64,000 nt of DNA, taken from the NCBI GenBank assembly GCA_963829245.1, contig CAWHIM010000030.1, forward strand, positions 19,167-83,166, written 5' to 3'. Below the pieces are notes generated by a model that saw nothing but the letters and a program-made list of their open reading frames with translations, was not told the DNA's origin and ran no database searches. Origin of the DNA: an uncultured bacterium (GTDB taxonomy: Bacteria > Desulfobacterota > Deferrimicrobia > Deferrimicrobiales > Deferrimicrobiaceae). Positions 19,767 to 30,419 of the stretch are shown one piece after another. The position numbers and the translations under genes were made by a program. The stretch's first letter is position 1. Each line of letters begins with the position of its first letter.

Positions 19767-20876
19767 GTGGCACCGAAGCGCGACTATTACGATGTCCTCG
19801 GCGTTTCCCGGGAGAGCGGCCCCGACGAGATCAAGAAGGCGTTTCGCCAGCTCGCCCTTCAGTACCACCCCGATCGGAATTCCGGCGACATGTCCGCGGA
19901 AGACCAATTCAAGGAGATCAACGAGGCGTACTCGGTCCTCTCCGACCCGGGGAAACGGCAGCATTACGACCGCTTCGGGCACGCGGGGGCAGCGGGGCAG
20001 GGGTTCGGCGGCTCCGGCGATTTTTCGGGGTTCGGCGTCGAGGACATCATCAACGACTTCTTCGGCGGGATCTTCGGCGCGGGGGGAGGAGGCGGACGCT
20101 CCCGCCGCGGCGCGGATCTTCGGTACAACCTGACGGTCACCTTCGAGGAAGCGGTTTTCGGCGCAGAGAAGGAGATCGTCGTCCCCCGGACGGGAGTGTG
20201 CCGGGACTGCTCGGGAACGGGTGCGCGGAAGGGGACACGACCGGAACGGTGCGGGGCTTGCAACGGACAAGGCCAGGTCACGACGCAGCAGGGATTTTTC
20301 GCGATCCGCCGCACGTGCGGGCGCTGCCGCGGGACGGGTCAGGTCATCAAGGACCCGTGCGGAAGCTGTGCCGGAACCGGCCACGTCCGGGAAAGCCGCA
20401 CGCTAAAGGTGAAGATCCCCCCCGGCGTCGACAGCGGCACACGCCTGAAGCTGCGCGGCGAGGGGGAGGCCGGGCCCTCGGGCGGGGCCGGCGGCGACCT
20501 GTACGTGGTGCTCACCGTGAAGGAGCACCCGTTCTTCGTCCGGGAAGGGGCCGACCTTTTTTGCGAGGTGCCGATCACCTTTCCGCAGGCGGCCCTGGGC
20601 GCGACGATCGAGGTGCCCACCCTGTCCGGGAAGAAGAATCTTTCCCTCCCCCCCGGCACGCCGTCCGGTCATGACTTCGTGATGCGGGGAGAGGGGGTCG
20701 CCACGCTCAACTCCGGCCGGCGGGGGAACCTCGTGATCCGCGTGCTGATCGAGGTGCCAAGGAAACTCACGAAGCGTCAGAAAGAGATCCTCGCGGAGTA
20801 CCAGGAACTGTCGGAAGAATCCCCGGGTCCCATCTCCCTGAGTTTCTTCGAGAAGGTGAAGGAGATTTTCGGGTGA
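19767..20876 (+). CDS. dnaJ: Molecular chaperone DnaJ
   Basis: J-domain DYYDVLGVSRESGPDEIKKAFRQLALQYHPDRN, a G/F-rich region, and four CxxCxGxG zinc motifs. Confidence 0.95.
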   Translation: MAPKRDYYDVLGVSRESGPDEIKKAFRQLALQYHPDRNSGDMSAEDQFKEINEAYSVLSDPGKRQHYDRFGHAGAAGQGFGGSGDFSGFGVEDIINDFFGGIFGAGGGGGRSRRGADLRYNLTVTFEEAVFGAEKEIVVPRTGVCRDCSGTGARKGTRPERCGACNGQGQVTTQQGFFAIRRTCGRCRGTGQVIKDPCGSCAGTGHVRESRTLKVKIPPGVDSGTRLKLRGEGEAGPSGGAGGDLYVVLTVKEHPFFVREGADLFCEVPITFPQAALGATIEVPTLSGKKNLSLPPGTPSGHDFVMRGEGVATLNSGRRGNLVIRVLIEVPRKLTKRQKEILAEYQELSEESPGPISLSFFEKVKEIFG

Positions 20877-20958
20877 CCTGCTGTCCCCGTCGGATTCCGG
20901 TGCAGCGTCTCGCAAACGCCCTGACATTCGAGCGCCGCCGCATCCATTCCAGCGAGTT

Positions 20959-23046
20959 GTGCCCCAAATGCCGATAAAGAAAATCGAACGGCTGTCCGGG
21001 GTACCCGGGGAACGCAATCCGTCCGGGAGCGGGGCGCCGGTTCGTTTTATTCTCGCTTCCGGCCGGGACAGCAGATCCCGAGGCATCCCTGCCCGTCCCG
21101 GCACTTGGCCATCCCTGGCCATCGCCTTCCTGTTCGTCTTTCTGCTCCTCATCCTTCCGGTTTCCTCCGGGGCCGCCGAGGTTCCCCGGCCCCTTGTTGG
21201 CGCGGCCGACGCGATCCCCGTTCCCCGTCCGGGGGTCCGCGAGTCCGGGCGGACGGCGCCGATCGTCCCTTTCCTTCAGGCCGAGAGCGAATTCGCCGCG
21301 GGGAAGGCCGACGAGGCCCTCTCCCGGTTCCTCGACCTCGCGTACTCCTCCGCGGACGATGAGCGGAAAGGGTTCATCTGGTGGCGCGTCGGGGAACTGC
21401 TGCTCGTCCGCGGCGAGCTTGATAAGGCGTTGGAGGCGGCGGACAAGGCGGTGCTCCTTTCCCGCGCTCCGTACCTATCCCTCTCGGCCGACGACCTTAA
21501 GCTGCGGATCTACCAACGGATGAAGTGGAACAAAGAGGCGCGGCTGATGGCGGCGTACCTCCTCGACCGGAAGTTCGTAGGAGCGGACCCTGCGGCGCTC
21601 CTGGCCTTGATGGCGCGTGCGGACGCCGGGGCGGGGAAGCTGGCCAGCGCGCTTGCGCTTTACCGCCGCGCCGTCGCCGCCACCGTGGATCCGCAGGCAT
21701 CCCGGCGGCTGTCGGCCGAGCGGGATTCGCTCGTCGAGGGAGCGACGGACCTCTACGTGATCCGAGCGGCCGCGGAGGGGGAGGAGGACCCGGAGGTTCG
21801 CGCCCACCTGTATCTCACGATGGGGAACGTGGCGATCCGTAAAGGGTTCCTCGGGATGGCGGCCCATGCGTTCGAGCGATCGGCGCGGTCTGGAGGGAAA
21901 TGGTCCCAGGATGCCGCGGAGCGCCTGTTCCGGGCGGAGAAGATCATCGCCGTGCGGCCCAAGATCGTCGGTCTCGTCCCCCTCTCGGGAAAGCTTTCCG
22001 ACATCGGGTACGCGGTCCTCACCGGGGCGGAAGTGGCCCTCGCCACCCTTCACGGGTTCGAGCGGAACGGCGCGATGCCGATCATCCGGTGGGTGGATAC
22101 GGCGGGGGATCCCGAGAAGGCGCGGAAGGAGTTCGTAGCCGCGGCGGCCGACCGGATGGTGCTCGGCATCCTCGGTCCGGTCACGGGGGAGGAGGGCCGA
22201 TCGGTCGGCGCCGCGTTCACCCAGAAATCGCCCCCCACGCTGTACCTCGGCCAGAAGCCGATCTTCGAAAAGCCGTTTCTCTACGGGTTCGGACTCTCTC
22301 CGGCGCAGGAGGCGCGAGCCCTTTTCGCCTACATGGCGCGGGAGGGGATTTCCGACCTGCTCCTGTTCCACCCGGACAACGGCTACGGGGATGGATTCGC
22401 TGCCGCGGCGACCGCGGCCGCCCGGGAGGCGGGGATCCGGATCGCGAAGACCGTGTCGTACTCCCCGGAGACGCAGGACTTCACGGAGGTGATCAAGAGG
22501 GCGGTCGGCAACGCGACCTTCCAGCGCCAGTCGCGGTCGAAAGAAAAAGGGAAGGCGATGAAGCTTCCGCTGGGGGGGATCATCATCGCCGACCGGTGGG
22601 ACCGGGTCTTCCTGCTTTCATCGCAGTTGCGTTACTACAATGTCTATCTCCCGCTGGCCGGGTTCTCCGGGTGGAACGACCCTGAACTGCTGAGGAAGGC
22701 GGTCGGTTCCGTTTCGGGGGCGGTCTTCCCGGTGGACTACTCCGACGTGATCCCGGGGTCCCAGGGCGACCGGTTCCGGAATGCGTTCCAGGAGATGATG
22801 CGTGTCTCCCCCACCCGGTTCGAGGCGATGGGGTACGACGGCGCCATGTTTCTCTCCGAGGCGTTTGCGCTCGAGGGCGGTATCGGGTCTTCCCTCGGGG
22901 AAGCGATGCGCGAGAAAATCCCCCGGCTGAGAAATTACCCCGGCGTGACGGGGACGTTCCAGTTCACTCCGGCAGGGGATCTGCGTCGGAAAGTCTCCCT
23001 CCTGCAGGTCGAACTGGGGAACTTCATCCCCGTCTCGACCCCGTAA
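20959..23046 (+). CDS. TPR plus type-I periplasmic-binding-domain protein (LpoA/LivK-like); start uncertain
   Basis: Signal-like LAIAFLFVFLLLILPVSSGAAE, a TPR-like helical region, then a Peripla_BP_6-like domain (IVGLVPLSGKLSDIGYAVLTGAEVAL). Confidence 0.6.
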   Translation: MPQMPIKKIERLSGVPGERNPSGSGAPVRFILASGRDSRSRGIPARPGTWPSLAIAFLFVFLLLILPVSSGAAEVPRPLVGAADAIPVPRPGVRESGRTAPIVPFLQAESEFAAGKADEALSRFLDLAYSSADDERKGFIWWRVGELLLVRGELDKALEAADKAVLLSRAPYLSLSADDLKLRIYQRMKWNKEARLMAAYLLDRKFVGADPAALLALMARADAGAGKLASALALYRRAVAATVDPQASRRLSAERDSLVEGATDLYVIRAAAEGEEDPEVRAHLYLTMGNVAIRKGFLGMAAHAFERSARSGGKWSQDAAERLFRAEKIIAVRPKIVGLVPLSGKLSDIGYAVLTGAEVALATLHGFERNGAMPIIRWVDTAGDPEKARKEFVAAAADRMVLGILGPVTGEEGRSVGAAFTQKSPPTLYLGQKPIFEKPFLYGFGLSPAQEARALFAYMAREGISDLLLFHPDNGYGDGFAAAATAAAREAGIRIAKTVSYSPETQDFTEVIKRAVGNATFQRQSRSKEKGKAMKLPLGGIIIADRWDRVFLLSSQLRYYNVYLPLAGFSGWNDPELLRKAVGSVSGAVFPVDYSDVIPGSQGDRFRNAFQEMMRVSPTRFEAMGYDGAMFLSEAFALEGGIGSSLGEAMREKIPRLRNYPGVTGTFQFTPAGDLRRKVSLLQVELGNFIPVSTP

Positions 23047-23051
23047 AACCC

Positions 23052-25079
23052 GTGCCCGGAGATCTCGCCCGAAGAGTGGGGATGTCGCTCTCCCCCGACG
23101 GTCCGATCGCGGGGGCGATGCCGGGGTTCGAGTCGCGCCCGGGGCAGCTCCGGATGGCGCTCGCGTGGGCGGAGGCGCTTGAAACGCCCCGCGTGCTGGT
23201 CGCAGAGGCGGCCACCGGGATCGGCAAGACGCTTGCCTACCTCGTCCCCGCGATCCTCTCCGGCCGGAAGACGATCATCTCCACCGGGACGCGCACCCTC
23301 CAGCAGCAGTTGATGGAAAACGACATCCCCCTGGTGAGGGACATCCTCCAGTACCCCTTTTCGTGCACCGTCCTCAAAGGCCGCGGCAACTACCTCTGTC
23401 TCCGCCGCTGGAAGCGGTTCCGTGCCGAGCCGCTTTTCGAGTTCGCCCGGGAGGCCGGCTACTTCTCCGCGATGCAGGCGTTCGCGGAAACGACCCGGAC
23501 GGGGGACGTCTCCGAGTGCGCAGGGGTGCCCGAGGACGCGCGCGTCTGGGGAGAGGTGAACGCCCGCAGCGAGATGTGCGAATCGTCGTCGTGCGGCGAG
23601 ACCGAGCGGTGCCATCTCGCGGCGGCACGGCGGCGGGCGGCGGACGCCGATCTCGTCGTGGTGAACCACCACCTGTTCTTCGCGGACCTCGCGCTGCGCG
23701 AGCGGTTGGGCACCGGTCGCGGGGGAGAGGAAGGGCGGTTCGGGGAGGTGCTTCCCCGCGCCGACGCCGTGGTGTTCGACGAGGCGCACGGAATCGAGGA
23801 GACCGCCTCCGTCTTCTTCGGCGTGACCGTCTCTCTCGGACGTGCGCGAGAGCTCGCGCGGGACGTGAAGCGTTCCGCCGCGAAGGCGGGCGGCGGGCTG
23901 GACGCCCTCCTGCCGATGGCCGAGCGGTTCCGCCTCGTCGCCGAATCGGCCTTCGACGCGGTGGGGGACGGGGAAGCCCGTTTCGCGTTGCCCGCGCCCT
24001 CCACCGGTACCCCGTTCGGGCAGAAGGCGTCGGCCCTGCTCCGCGCGGGGGAGGAACTCGCCTTGTCCCTCTCGGACGGGGTCCCACGCGCGGAGAGGGG
24101 CGACGACGCGCCGGGCACGGATCCGGGAACGGACCGGGATCCCCTGCTCCGGCGGGTCCGCTCCTTTCTCGACGATCTCGGCTCGGTCCTCTCCTCCGAC
24201 TCCGCCTCCGCCGTGGCGTGGGCGGAGCGGCGCGGCGCGTCCGTCTCCCTGCACCGGACGCCGGTCGAAGTCTCCCCGGTTCTTTCCGGAGCACTCTGGG
24301 GGGAGCGGATTCCGTTCCTGCTCACCTCGGCGACACTCTCCGTATCGGGCGACCTTTCGTATTTCCGCGAACGGGTTGGGCTCGCACGGGTTGATGCCCG
24401 GGAACTCATCGTGGATAATGAGTTCGACTTCGCGGGGCGGGCGCTCTTCTACGTCCCTCAGGGGCTTCCCGACCCGTCGGACTCCTCGTTTCCTGCGGCG
24501 GCGGCGGCGGAGACGCGGGAGATACTTTCGTGCTCAGGCGGCGGCGCGCTGGTGCTGTGCACGAGTTACCGGATGCTCTCGGCGCTGACGGAGGCGCTCC
24601 GGGGGACGCTGCCGCAAACCCTGTATGTCCAGGGGGACGCGCCGCGGGGACACCTCCTTCGGGCGTTCCGGGAAGGCGAGGATACGGTGCTGATCGGTAC
24701 AGGGACGTTCTGGGAGGGGGTTGACGTTCCCGGCGCCTCCTTGCGGTGCGTCGTTATCGACAAGCTGCCGTTCGCGTCTCCGTCCGATCCCGTGACCTCG
24801 GCCCGCATCCGGGTCCTGCGCGACCGGGGAGCGGACCCGTTTATGGAGTACCAGCTCCCCGAGGCGGTCCTTTCGCTCCGGCAGGGCGTCGGGAGGCTTC
24901 TTCGCCGCGGGGACGATTACGGGGTGGTGGCGCTGCTCGATCGCAGGGTTTCGACCCGGGGGTACGGCGAGCTCTTTCGGACCAACCTTCCCCCGGCGCG
25001 CTGGACGGACGACCGGGCCGAGGTGGCGGCATTCTTCCTCCGGTTCCACGGAGAGAAGAAAAAGGAGGGAAAGGGATGA
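23052..25079 (+). CDS. ATP-dependent DNA helicase, DinG/XPD (Rad3) family
   Basis: Walker A AATGIGKT, DEAH-type box VVFDEAHGIEE, Cys-rich FeS-like insert (C..C..C..C), C-terminal GTGTFWEGVDVPG. Confidence 0.8.
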   Translation: MPGDLARRVGMSLSPDGPIAGAMPGFESRPGQLRMALAWAEALETPRVLVAEAATGIGKTLAYLVPAILSGRKTIISTGTRTLQQQLMENDIPLVRDILQYPFSCTVLKGRGNYLCLRRWKRFRAEPLFEFAREAGYFSAMQAFAETTRTGDVSECAGVPEDARVWGEVNARSEMCESSSCGETERCHLAAARRRAADADLVVVNHHLFFADLALRERLGTGRGGEEGRFGEVLPRADAVVFDEAHGIEETASVFFGVTVSLGRARELARDVKRSAAKAGGGLDALLPMAERFRLVAESAFDAVGDGEARFALPAPSTGTPFGQKASALLRAGEELALSLSDGVPRAERGDDAPGTDPGTDRDPLLRRVRSFLDDLGSVLSSDSASAVAWAERRGASVSLHRTPVEVSPVLSGALWGERIPFLLTSATLSVSGDLSYFRERVGLARVDARELIVDNEFDFAGRALFYVPQGLPDPSDSSFPAAAAAETREILSCSGGGALVLCTSYRMLSALTEALRGTLPQTLYVQGDAPRGHLLRAFREGEDTVLIGTGTFWEGVDVPGASLRCVVIDKLPFASPSDPVTSARIRVLRDRGADPFMEYQLPEAVLSLRQGVGRLLRRGDDYGVVALLDRRVSTRGYGELFRTNLPPARWTDDRAEVAAFFLRFHGEKKKEGKG

Positions 25080-25942
25080 TACGGAAAGCGGTGTTCCCAG
25101 CCGCGGGGTTCGGGACGCGGTTCCTGCCGGCGACGAAGGCCTCTCCCAAGGAGATGCTCCCGCTGGTGGACATGCCCCTCATCCAGCACGGGGTCGAGGA
25201 GGCGAAGGCCGCGGGCATGCTGGACATGATCATCGTGACCGGACGCGGAAAGAACGCAATCGAGGACCACTTCGACGTCTCCTTCGAGTTGGAGGCCATG
25301 CTGATGAAGAAGGGGGACAGCGCCCTCCTCTCCTCCGTCCGCCGCGTTACCGACGGGGCCGACTTTTTCTATGTTCGCCAGAACCTCCCGCTGGGATTGG
25401 GTCACGCGGTGCTCCGGTCGATGGACCTGGTCGGCCAGGAGCCGTTCGCCGTCGTCCTCTCGGACGACGTGATCGACGCCGAGGTCCCCGTGTTGAAGCA
25501 GATGATCCAGGCGTACGAGAAGCATAGCGCCGGCGCGGTCCTCGCGATTCAGCGCGTCCCGAGGGAAGCGGTCTCCCGGTACGGGATCATACGGGGGAAG
25601 CGGATCGCGAATGGGGTGTACGATGTGGAGGACATGGTGGAGAAACCGAGACCCGCGGACGCGCCGTCCGACTTGGCGATCATCGGCCGATATCTCCTCC
25701 CCCCGTCGATCTTTCCCGCTCTTCTTTCGACGAAGCCCGGATCGGGGGGCGAGATCCAGTTGACCGACGCCATCCGGTCCCTGATCGGGAAGGAGCGGAT
25801 CATCGGGCTCGAATTCAGGGGGGTCCGGTACGACGCGGGGACGAAGCTCGGGTTCCAGATGGCGAACATTGCCTTCGCGCTGAAAGATCCGCAAATCGGC
25901 CCCGGCCTGCGGGCATTTCTGAAGAAGGAGAAATTGACGTGA
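25076..25942 (+). CDS. galU: UTP--glucose-1-phosphate uridylyltransferase
   Basis: MIRKAVFPAAGFGTRFLPATKASPKEMLPLVDMPLIQ. ATGA overlap with the helicase stop. Confidence 0.9.
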   Translation: MIRKAVFPAAGFGTRFLPATKASPKEMLPLVDMPLIQHGVEEAKAAGMLDMIIVTGRGKNAIEDHFDVSFELEAMLMKKGDSALLSSVRRVTDGADFFYVRQNLPLGLGHAVLRSMDLVGQEPFAVVLSDDVIDAEVPVLKQMIQAYEKHSAGAVLAIQRVPREAVSRYGIIRGKRIANGVYDVEDMVEKPRPADAPSDLAIIGRYLLPPSIFPALLSTKPGSGGEIQLTDAIRSLIGKERIIGLEFRGVRYDAGTKLGFQMANIAFALKDPQIGPGLRAFLKKEKLT

Positions 25943-26394
25943 GCAGAAAGATCGGGGTATCCCGCACGCGCCAGAAGTCTCCGGGGGAGGTCAGGGAGGG
26001 AGGGTCGGCGGCCCGCCGGACCGGGCATGTCATGCTGCTCGATCTCCCGGTGGAATCCGCCTGCCAGCCGCCCTCGGACGTCGTGGAGGTGGACGACTCC
26101 GTCCGGGTCCTGCTGGAGATCCCGGGAGTCCCGGCGGCGTCCGTACAGGTCCGGGTGCTGGGGAACCGGATCGAGGTCACGGGGGAGAAGATCCCGGATT
26201 TTCCCGCGGGGGAGACCTCCTTTCTCTGCCTGGAACGGATCTTCGGGAAGTTCCAGCGGGCCTTCGAAGTGAGGGGCTCGGTGAACCTCGGGGAGGTATC
26301 GGCGCGGATGTCGAACGGGATCCTCGTGATCACGATCCCGAAGGTCTCGGAACGGAGGGGTCTGGAGCGACGGATCCCGGTGACGACCGGATGA
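25939..26394 (+). CDS. Hsp20/alpha-crystallin family small heat-shock protein
   Basis: [30 protein letters not shown]...[10 protein letters not shown]...[19 protein letters not shown] overlap with the galU stop; start uncertain. Confidence 0.75.
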   Translation: MSRKIGVSRTRQKSPGEVREGGSAARRTGHVMLLDLPVESACQPPSDVVEVDDSVRVLLEIPGVPAASVQVRVLGNRIEVTGEKIPDFPAGETSFLCLERIFGKFQRAFEVRGSVNLGEVSARMSNGILVITIPKVSERRGLERRIPVTTG

Positions 26395-26422
26395 AGGAAA
26401 GGACGGAAGGGGGTACGACGAT

Positions 26423-28981
26423 ATGAGCGACGATGCGAAGAAGAAGAATCCGCCGGAGGGGACGGACGCTCCGCCGGAGGGGACGGACGCTACAGCGGAA
26501 CGAACCGGCGAGGAGAGCGTCCCGATCGCTTCGGTCGCGGAGCAGGGGGCGAAAACTCCGAAGGGGGAGACCCCTTCCCCGGAGAGCGAGAAGGAGGGCG
26601 GGCCGGAGATCCCCGATGTGCTCCCGCTGCTGCCGGTGCGCGACATCGTGATCTTCCCCTACATGACCTTGCCGCTGTTCGTTGGGAGGGAAGGTTCCGT
26701 CGCGGCGGTGGACGAGGCGCTGGCGCGAGACCGGTACATCTTCCTGGCCACGCAGAGGGATCCGTCCGTGGAAGACCCGAAGGATACGGACCTCTACCGC
26801 ACGGGCACGGTGGCGATGATCATGCGGATGCTGAAGCTCCCCGATGGGCGGCTGAAGATCCTCATCCAGGGCGTCGTGAAGGCGAAGATCGTCGAGTTCA
26901 TCGAGGCGAAGCCCGCGGTGCGCGTCCGGATCGACCGGATCGTCGAGTCTCCGATGAAAGAGGAGTCCCTCGAGGTGGAGGCGCTGATGCGCGCTTCCCG
27001 GGAGAAGATCGAGAAGATCCTGTCGCTCAAGAACATGCCGGTCGAGATCCTCATGGTCACCGAGAACATCAACAATCCCGGCGTGCTCGCCGATCTCGTG
27101 GCATCGAACCTGCGCCTGAAGATCGAGGAGGCGCAATCGGTGCTCGAGGAGGAAGACCCCGTCGCCAGGCTGAACCTGGTCAGCAACCTCCTCTCCCGCG
27201 AGCTGCAGCTGGCGGAGATGCAGACGAAGATCCAGAACCAGGCGAAGGAGGAGATGTCCAAGAGCCAGCGTGAATATTTCCTGCGGGAGCAGATGAAGGC
27301 GATCAAGCAGGAGCTGGGCGACATCGACGGGAAGGCCGAGGAGTCCGACGACCTGAAGGGGAAGGTCGAGGCCGCCGGGATGCCCGAAGAGGTGAAAAAG
27401 GAGGCGGAGAAGCAGCTCCGCCGCCTGGAGGGGATGCATCCCGACTCGGCCGAGTCTGCCGTGGTGCGCACCTACCTCGACTGGATGGTGGAGCTCCCCT
27501 GGAAGAAGGAGACGAAGGACAACATCCGCATCGGAAAAGCGAAGGAGATCCTCGACGAGGACCACCATGACCTTGAGAAGGTCAAGGAGCGGATTCTCGA
27601 ATACCTGTCCGTCCGCAAGCTGAAGGACAAGATGAAGGGGCCGATCCTCTGCTTCGCCGGTCCCCCGGGTGTGGGAAAAACGTCCCTCGGGAAGTCGATC
27701 GCCCGCGCGATGGGGCGGAAGTTCATCCGCATGTCCCTCGGCGGCATCCGTGACGAGGCGGAGATCCGTGGGCACCGCCGGACGTACGTTGGGGCGCTTC
27801 CCGGGCGCGTCATCCAGGGGATGAAGCAGGCCGGGACGCGCAACCCGGTCTTCATGCTGGACGAGATCGACAAGGTGGGAGCCGACTTCCGGGGCGATCC
27901 GTCCTCGGCGCTGCTCGAGGTGCTGGACCCGGAGCAGAACTTCGCGTTCAGCGACAACTACCTGAACGTCCCCTTCGATCTTTCGAAGGTCCTGTTCATC
28001 GCCACGGCGAACGTCATCGATCCCATCCCGCCGGCCCTCAAGGATCGGATGGAGATCATCCACCTGTCGGGATACACGGACGTCGACAAGCTGGCGATCG
28101 CGAAGAAATACCTTTTGCCGCGCCAGTTCGAGGAGAACGGGATCCGGCCGGGAAAGATCATGATGAGGGACAAGGCGATCCTCGCCATCATCCACGAATA
28201 CACGCGGGAGGCGGGGCTGCGAAACCTCGAGCGGGAGATCGGCCAGGTGTGCCGGAAGCTGGCCCGGAAGATCGCCGAGGGAGAGAAGGGACCCTTCGCC
28301 GTTACGCCGAAGAGTCTGGCGAAGTACCTCGGGGCTCCGCGGAACCTCCCGGAAACGGAGGGAGAGGTCGACGAGGTCGGCGTCGCGACGGGCCTCGCCT
28401 GGACGCCGACGGGGGGAGACATCCTCTTCGTCGAGGTGTCCCTCGTCGACGGGAGGGGAACCGTGATGATCACCGGCTCCCTCGGCGACGTGATGAAGGA
28501 GAGCGCCCAGGCGGCGATCACCTATGTCCGTTCGCGCGCGGCGAAACTCGGGCTGCCGCGGAATTTCCACTCGAAGCGGGACGTCCACATCCATGTCCCG
28601 TCGGGGGGGATCCCGAAGGACGGTCCTTCCGCCGGGATCACGATCGCTACGGCCCTTGTCTCCTCTCTCACCGGAATCCCCGTCCGCAGGGACGTGGCGA
28701 TGACCGGCGAGATCACCCTCCGTGGCCGCGTCCTCCCGATCGGCGGCCTGAAGGAGAAGGCGCTGGCGGCGCTTCGCGCGGGGATCACCCATGTGATCGT
28801 CCCGGCGCGGAACGGGAAGGATCTCGAGGAGATCCCTCGCCACGAGGCCCGGCAGGTGCGCTTCACGCTGGTGAAGACGATGGACGAGGTGCTCTCCCTG
28901 GCCCTGACGAGGGACCCGTTCGCCGTGAAGAAGTCGTCGATCAAGCCGAGGGTGGCTCGCGGGGCGAAGGGGAAACGGTGA
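26423..28981 (+). CDS. lon: ATP-dependent Lon protease
   Basis: LON N-domain [15 protein letters not shown], Walker [10 protein letters not shown], catalytic [10 protein letters not shown]. Confidence 0.95.
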   Translation: MSDDAKKKNPPEGTDAPPEGTDATAERTGEESVPIASVAEQGAKTPKGETPSPESEKEGGPEIPDVLPLLPVRDIVIFPYMTLPLFVGREGSVAAVDEALARDRYIFLATQRDPSVEDPKDTDLYRTGTVAMIMRMLKLPDGRLKILIQGVVKAKIVEFIEAKPAVRVRIDRIVESPMKEESLEVEALMRASREKIEKILSLKNMPVEILMVTENINNPGVLADLVASNLRLKIEEAQSVLEEEDPVARLNLVSNLLSRELQLAEMQTKIQNQAKEEMSKSQREYFLREQMKAIKQELGDIDGKAEESDDLKGKVEAAGMPEEVKKEAEKQLRRLEGMHPDSAESAVVRTYLDWMVELPWKKETKDNIRIGKAKEILDEDHHDLEKVKERILEYLSVRKLKDKMKGPILCFAGPPGVGKTSLGKSIARAMGRKFIRMSLGGIRDEAEIRGHRRTYVGALPGRVIQGMKQAGTRNPVFMLDEIDKVGADFRGDPSSALLEVLDPEQNFAFSDNYLNVPFDLSKVLFIATANVIDPIPPALKDRMEIIHLSGYTDVDKLAIAKKYLLPRQFEENGIRPGKIMMRDKAILAIIHEYTREAGLRNLEREIGQVCRKLARKIAEGEKGPFAVTPKSLAKYLGAPRNLPETEGEVDEVGVATGLAWTPTGGDILFVEVSLVDGRGTVMITGSLGDVMKESAQAAITYVRSRAAKLGLPRNFHSKRDVHIHVPSGGIPKDGPSAGITIATALVSSLTGIPVRRDVAMTGEITLRGRVLPIGGLKEKALAALRAGITHVIVPARNGKDLEEIPRHEARQVRFTLVKTMDEVLSLALTRDPFAVKKSSIKPRVARGAKGKR

Positions 28982-29163
28982 AACCGGCCTCCAGGGACGC
29001 GCCCGACGGAACCGGGCCCGCGCGCCGCGGCGTTTTCATGCGGAACGTGGGCGAATCCGGCCTGATCGAACTCTTCCGGCAAAAGCATGGCGGCGTTGCC
29101 CGTCGGGGCGAACTCCCCATCGGCGACGCCGCCGAGGCGGCGGATCCGCTGACGCCTTCGTGA
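28978..29163 (+). CDS. 61-codon ORF resembling only the N-terminus of thiamine-monophosphate kinase ThiL (possible gene remnant)
   Basis: GTGA start/stop overlaps at both ends (with lon and with corC). The internal sequence [15 protein letters not shown]...IGDAAEA resembles the ThiL N-terminus (GEFGLI...IGDDAA). Confidence 0.35.
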   Translation: MKPASRDAPDGTGPARRGVFMRNVGESGLIELFRQKHGGVARRGELPIGDAAEAADPLTPS

Positions 29164-30416
29164 AAGCCGTCCTTCTCCCCTTCCTGTTCCTCGCTTCCGC
29201 GTTCTTTTCCGCGACGGAGACGGCGTTGTTCGCCCTGCGCCGGGTGGATCTTCTGAAGTGGAAGGAGGAGGGGAACCGCCGGGCGGAGCGGATCGCGCAA
29301 ATGCTCTCGAAGCCCAACCGGCTGATCGCCACGATCTTCCTTGGGAACGAGATCGTCAACGTGGCGATCTCCTCCGTCATCGCCGCCCTCCTCCTGCCGC
29401 ATCTTCAAGCCGGGGCCGGCGAAGGCCTCGCCCTTCTCGTGGGTACGCTGGGGATCCTGCTGATCGGGGACGTGACGCCGAAGTGCCTCGTGTGGCCGCG
29501 GGCCCGCGGCTTCTCGCTGGTGGCCGCCGCGCCGCTCTACGCATTCTCTCGCGTGGTCGCCCCCGCGCGGTTCGTGCTCGAGAAGATCGCCGGCGGGATC
29601 CTCTACCTGCTGGGGGAGCGGGGCGGGCCGCAGACCCGCGAGATGATCTCCGAGGCGGAGTTCCGCGCGCTGGTCGATGTCGGAGAGGAGGCCGGGACGC
29701 TCGATACGGAGGAGACGGAACTGATCCACAACATCTTCGAAATGACCGATCGGCGTGCCGGGGAGATCATGACCCCTCTGCCCGACGTCTTCATGATCCC
29801 GAAGGATCTGCCATACGAGGAGTTGGTCGCCCGGTACCGCCGTTACCGCCGGTCCCGGATTCCGGTCTACGAGGGAGAGCGGAACAACGTCGTCGGCGTC
29901 CTCCATTTCAAGCAGTTGCTCCGCCCGATGGCCGAGGGGGGGAAGCCCCCCGTGTGGCAGGATCTCGTCCGGCCTCCCTACGTCGTCCCCGAGGTGCAGA
30001 AGCTCCACCCGCTGCTGCGCGAGTTCCAGCGGAGAAAGGTTCACATCGCAATCGTCGTGGACGAATACGGGGAGACGTGCGGAATCGTGACGCTGGAGGA
30101 CGTTCTCGAGGAGCTGTTCGGGGAGATCCTGGAGGAACGCGACCGGGAGGAGAGGGAGATCGTGCGGCGTTCCGACGGGTCCTCCCTCGTTCTCGGGAAG
30201 ACGCAGATCCGCCATTTCAACGAGGCGTTCGGGACGGAGATCCCGGATCTGGAATTCGACACGGTCGCCGGGTTCCTCCTCCACGAGTTCGGCAGGATGC
30301 CGTCCCCGGGGGAGAAGACCTCGTGGGAGGGGATCTCCTTCACCGTGGAGCGGATGAAGGGACTGCGGATCGTCGAGGTCGGCGTGCGTCCCGCATTGCC
30401 GGCGAGGGAGGGATAA
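29160..30416 (+). CDS. HlyC/CorC-family transporter (DUF21/CNNM + CBS pair + CorC_HlyC)
   Basis: FFSATETALFALRRVDL..., CBS-pair region (EIMTPLPDVFMI...IPVYEGERNNVVGVLHFKQLL) and a C-terminal transporter-associated domain. Confidence 0.8.
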   Translation: MKAVLLPFLFLASAFFSATETALFALRRVDLLKWKEEGNRRAERIAQMLSKPNRLIATIFLGNEIVNVAISSVIAALLLPHLQAGAGEGLALLVGTLGILLIGDVTPKCLVWPRARGFSLVAAAPLYAFSRVVAPARFVLEKIAGGILYLLGERGGPQTREMISEAEFRALVDVGEEAGTLDTEETELIHNIFEMTDRRAGEIMTPLPDVFMIPKDLPYEELVARYRRYRRSRIPVYEGERNNVVGVLHFKQLLRPMAEGGKPPVWQDLVRPPYVVPEVQKLHPLLREFQRRKVHIAIVVDEYGETCGIVTLEDVLEELFGEILEERDREEREIVRRSDGSSLVLGKTQIRHFNEAFGTEIPDLEFDTVAGFLLHEFGRMPSPGEKTSWEGISFTVERMKGLRIVEVGVRPALPAREG

Positions 30417-30419
30417 GGG

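Noticed and set aside
19760-19770. A missed dnaK between grpE and dnaJ.
   Set aside because: grpE's stop and dnaJ's start are directly adjacent (19766 and 19767), so there is no space.
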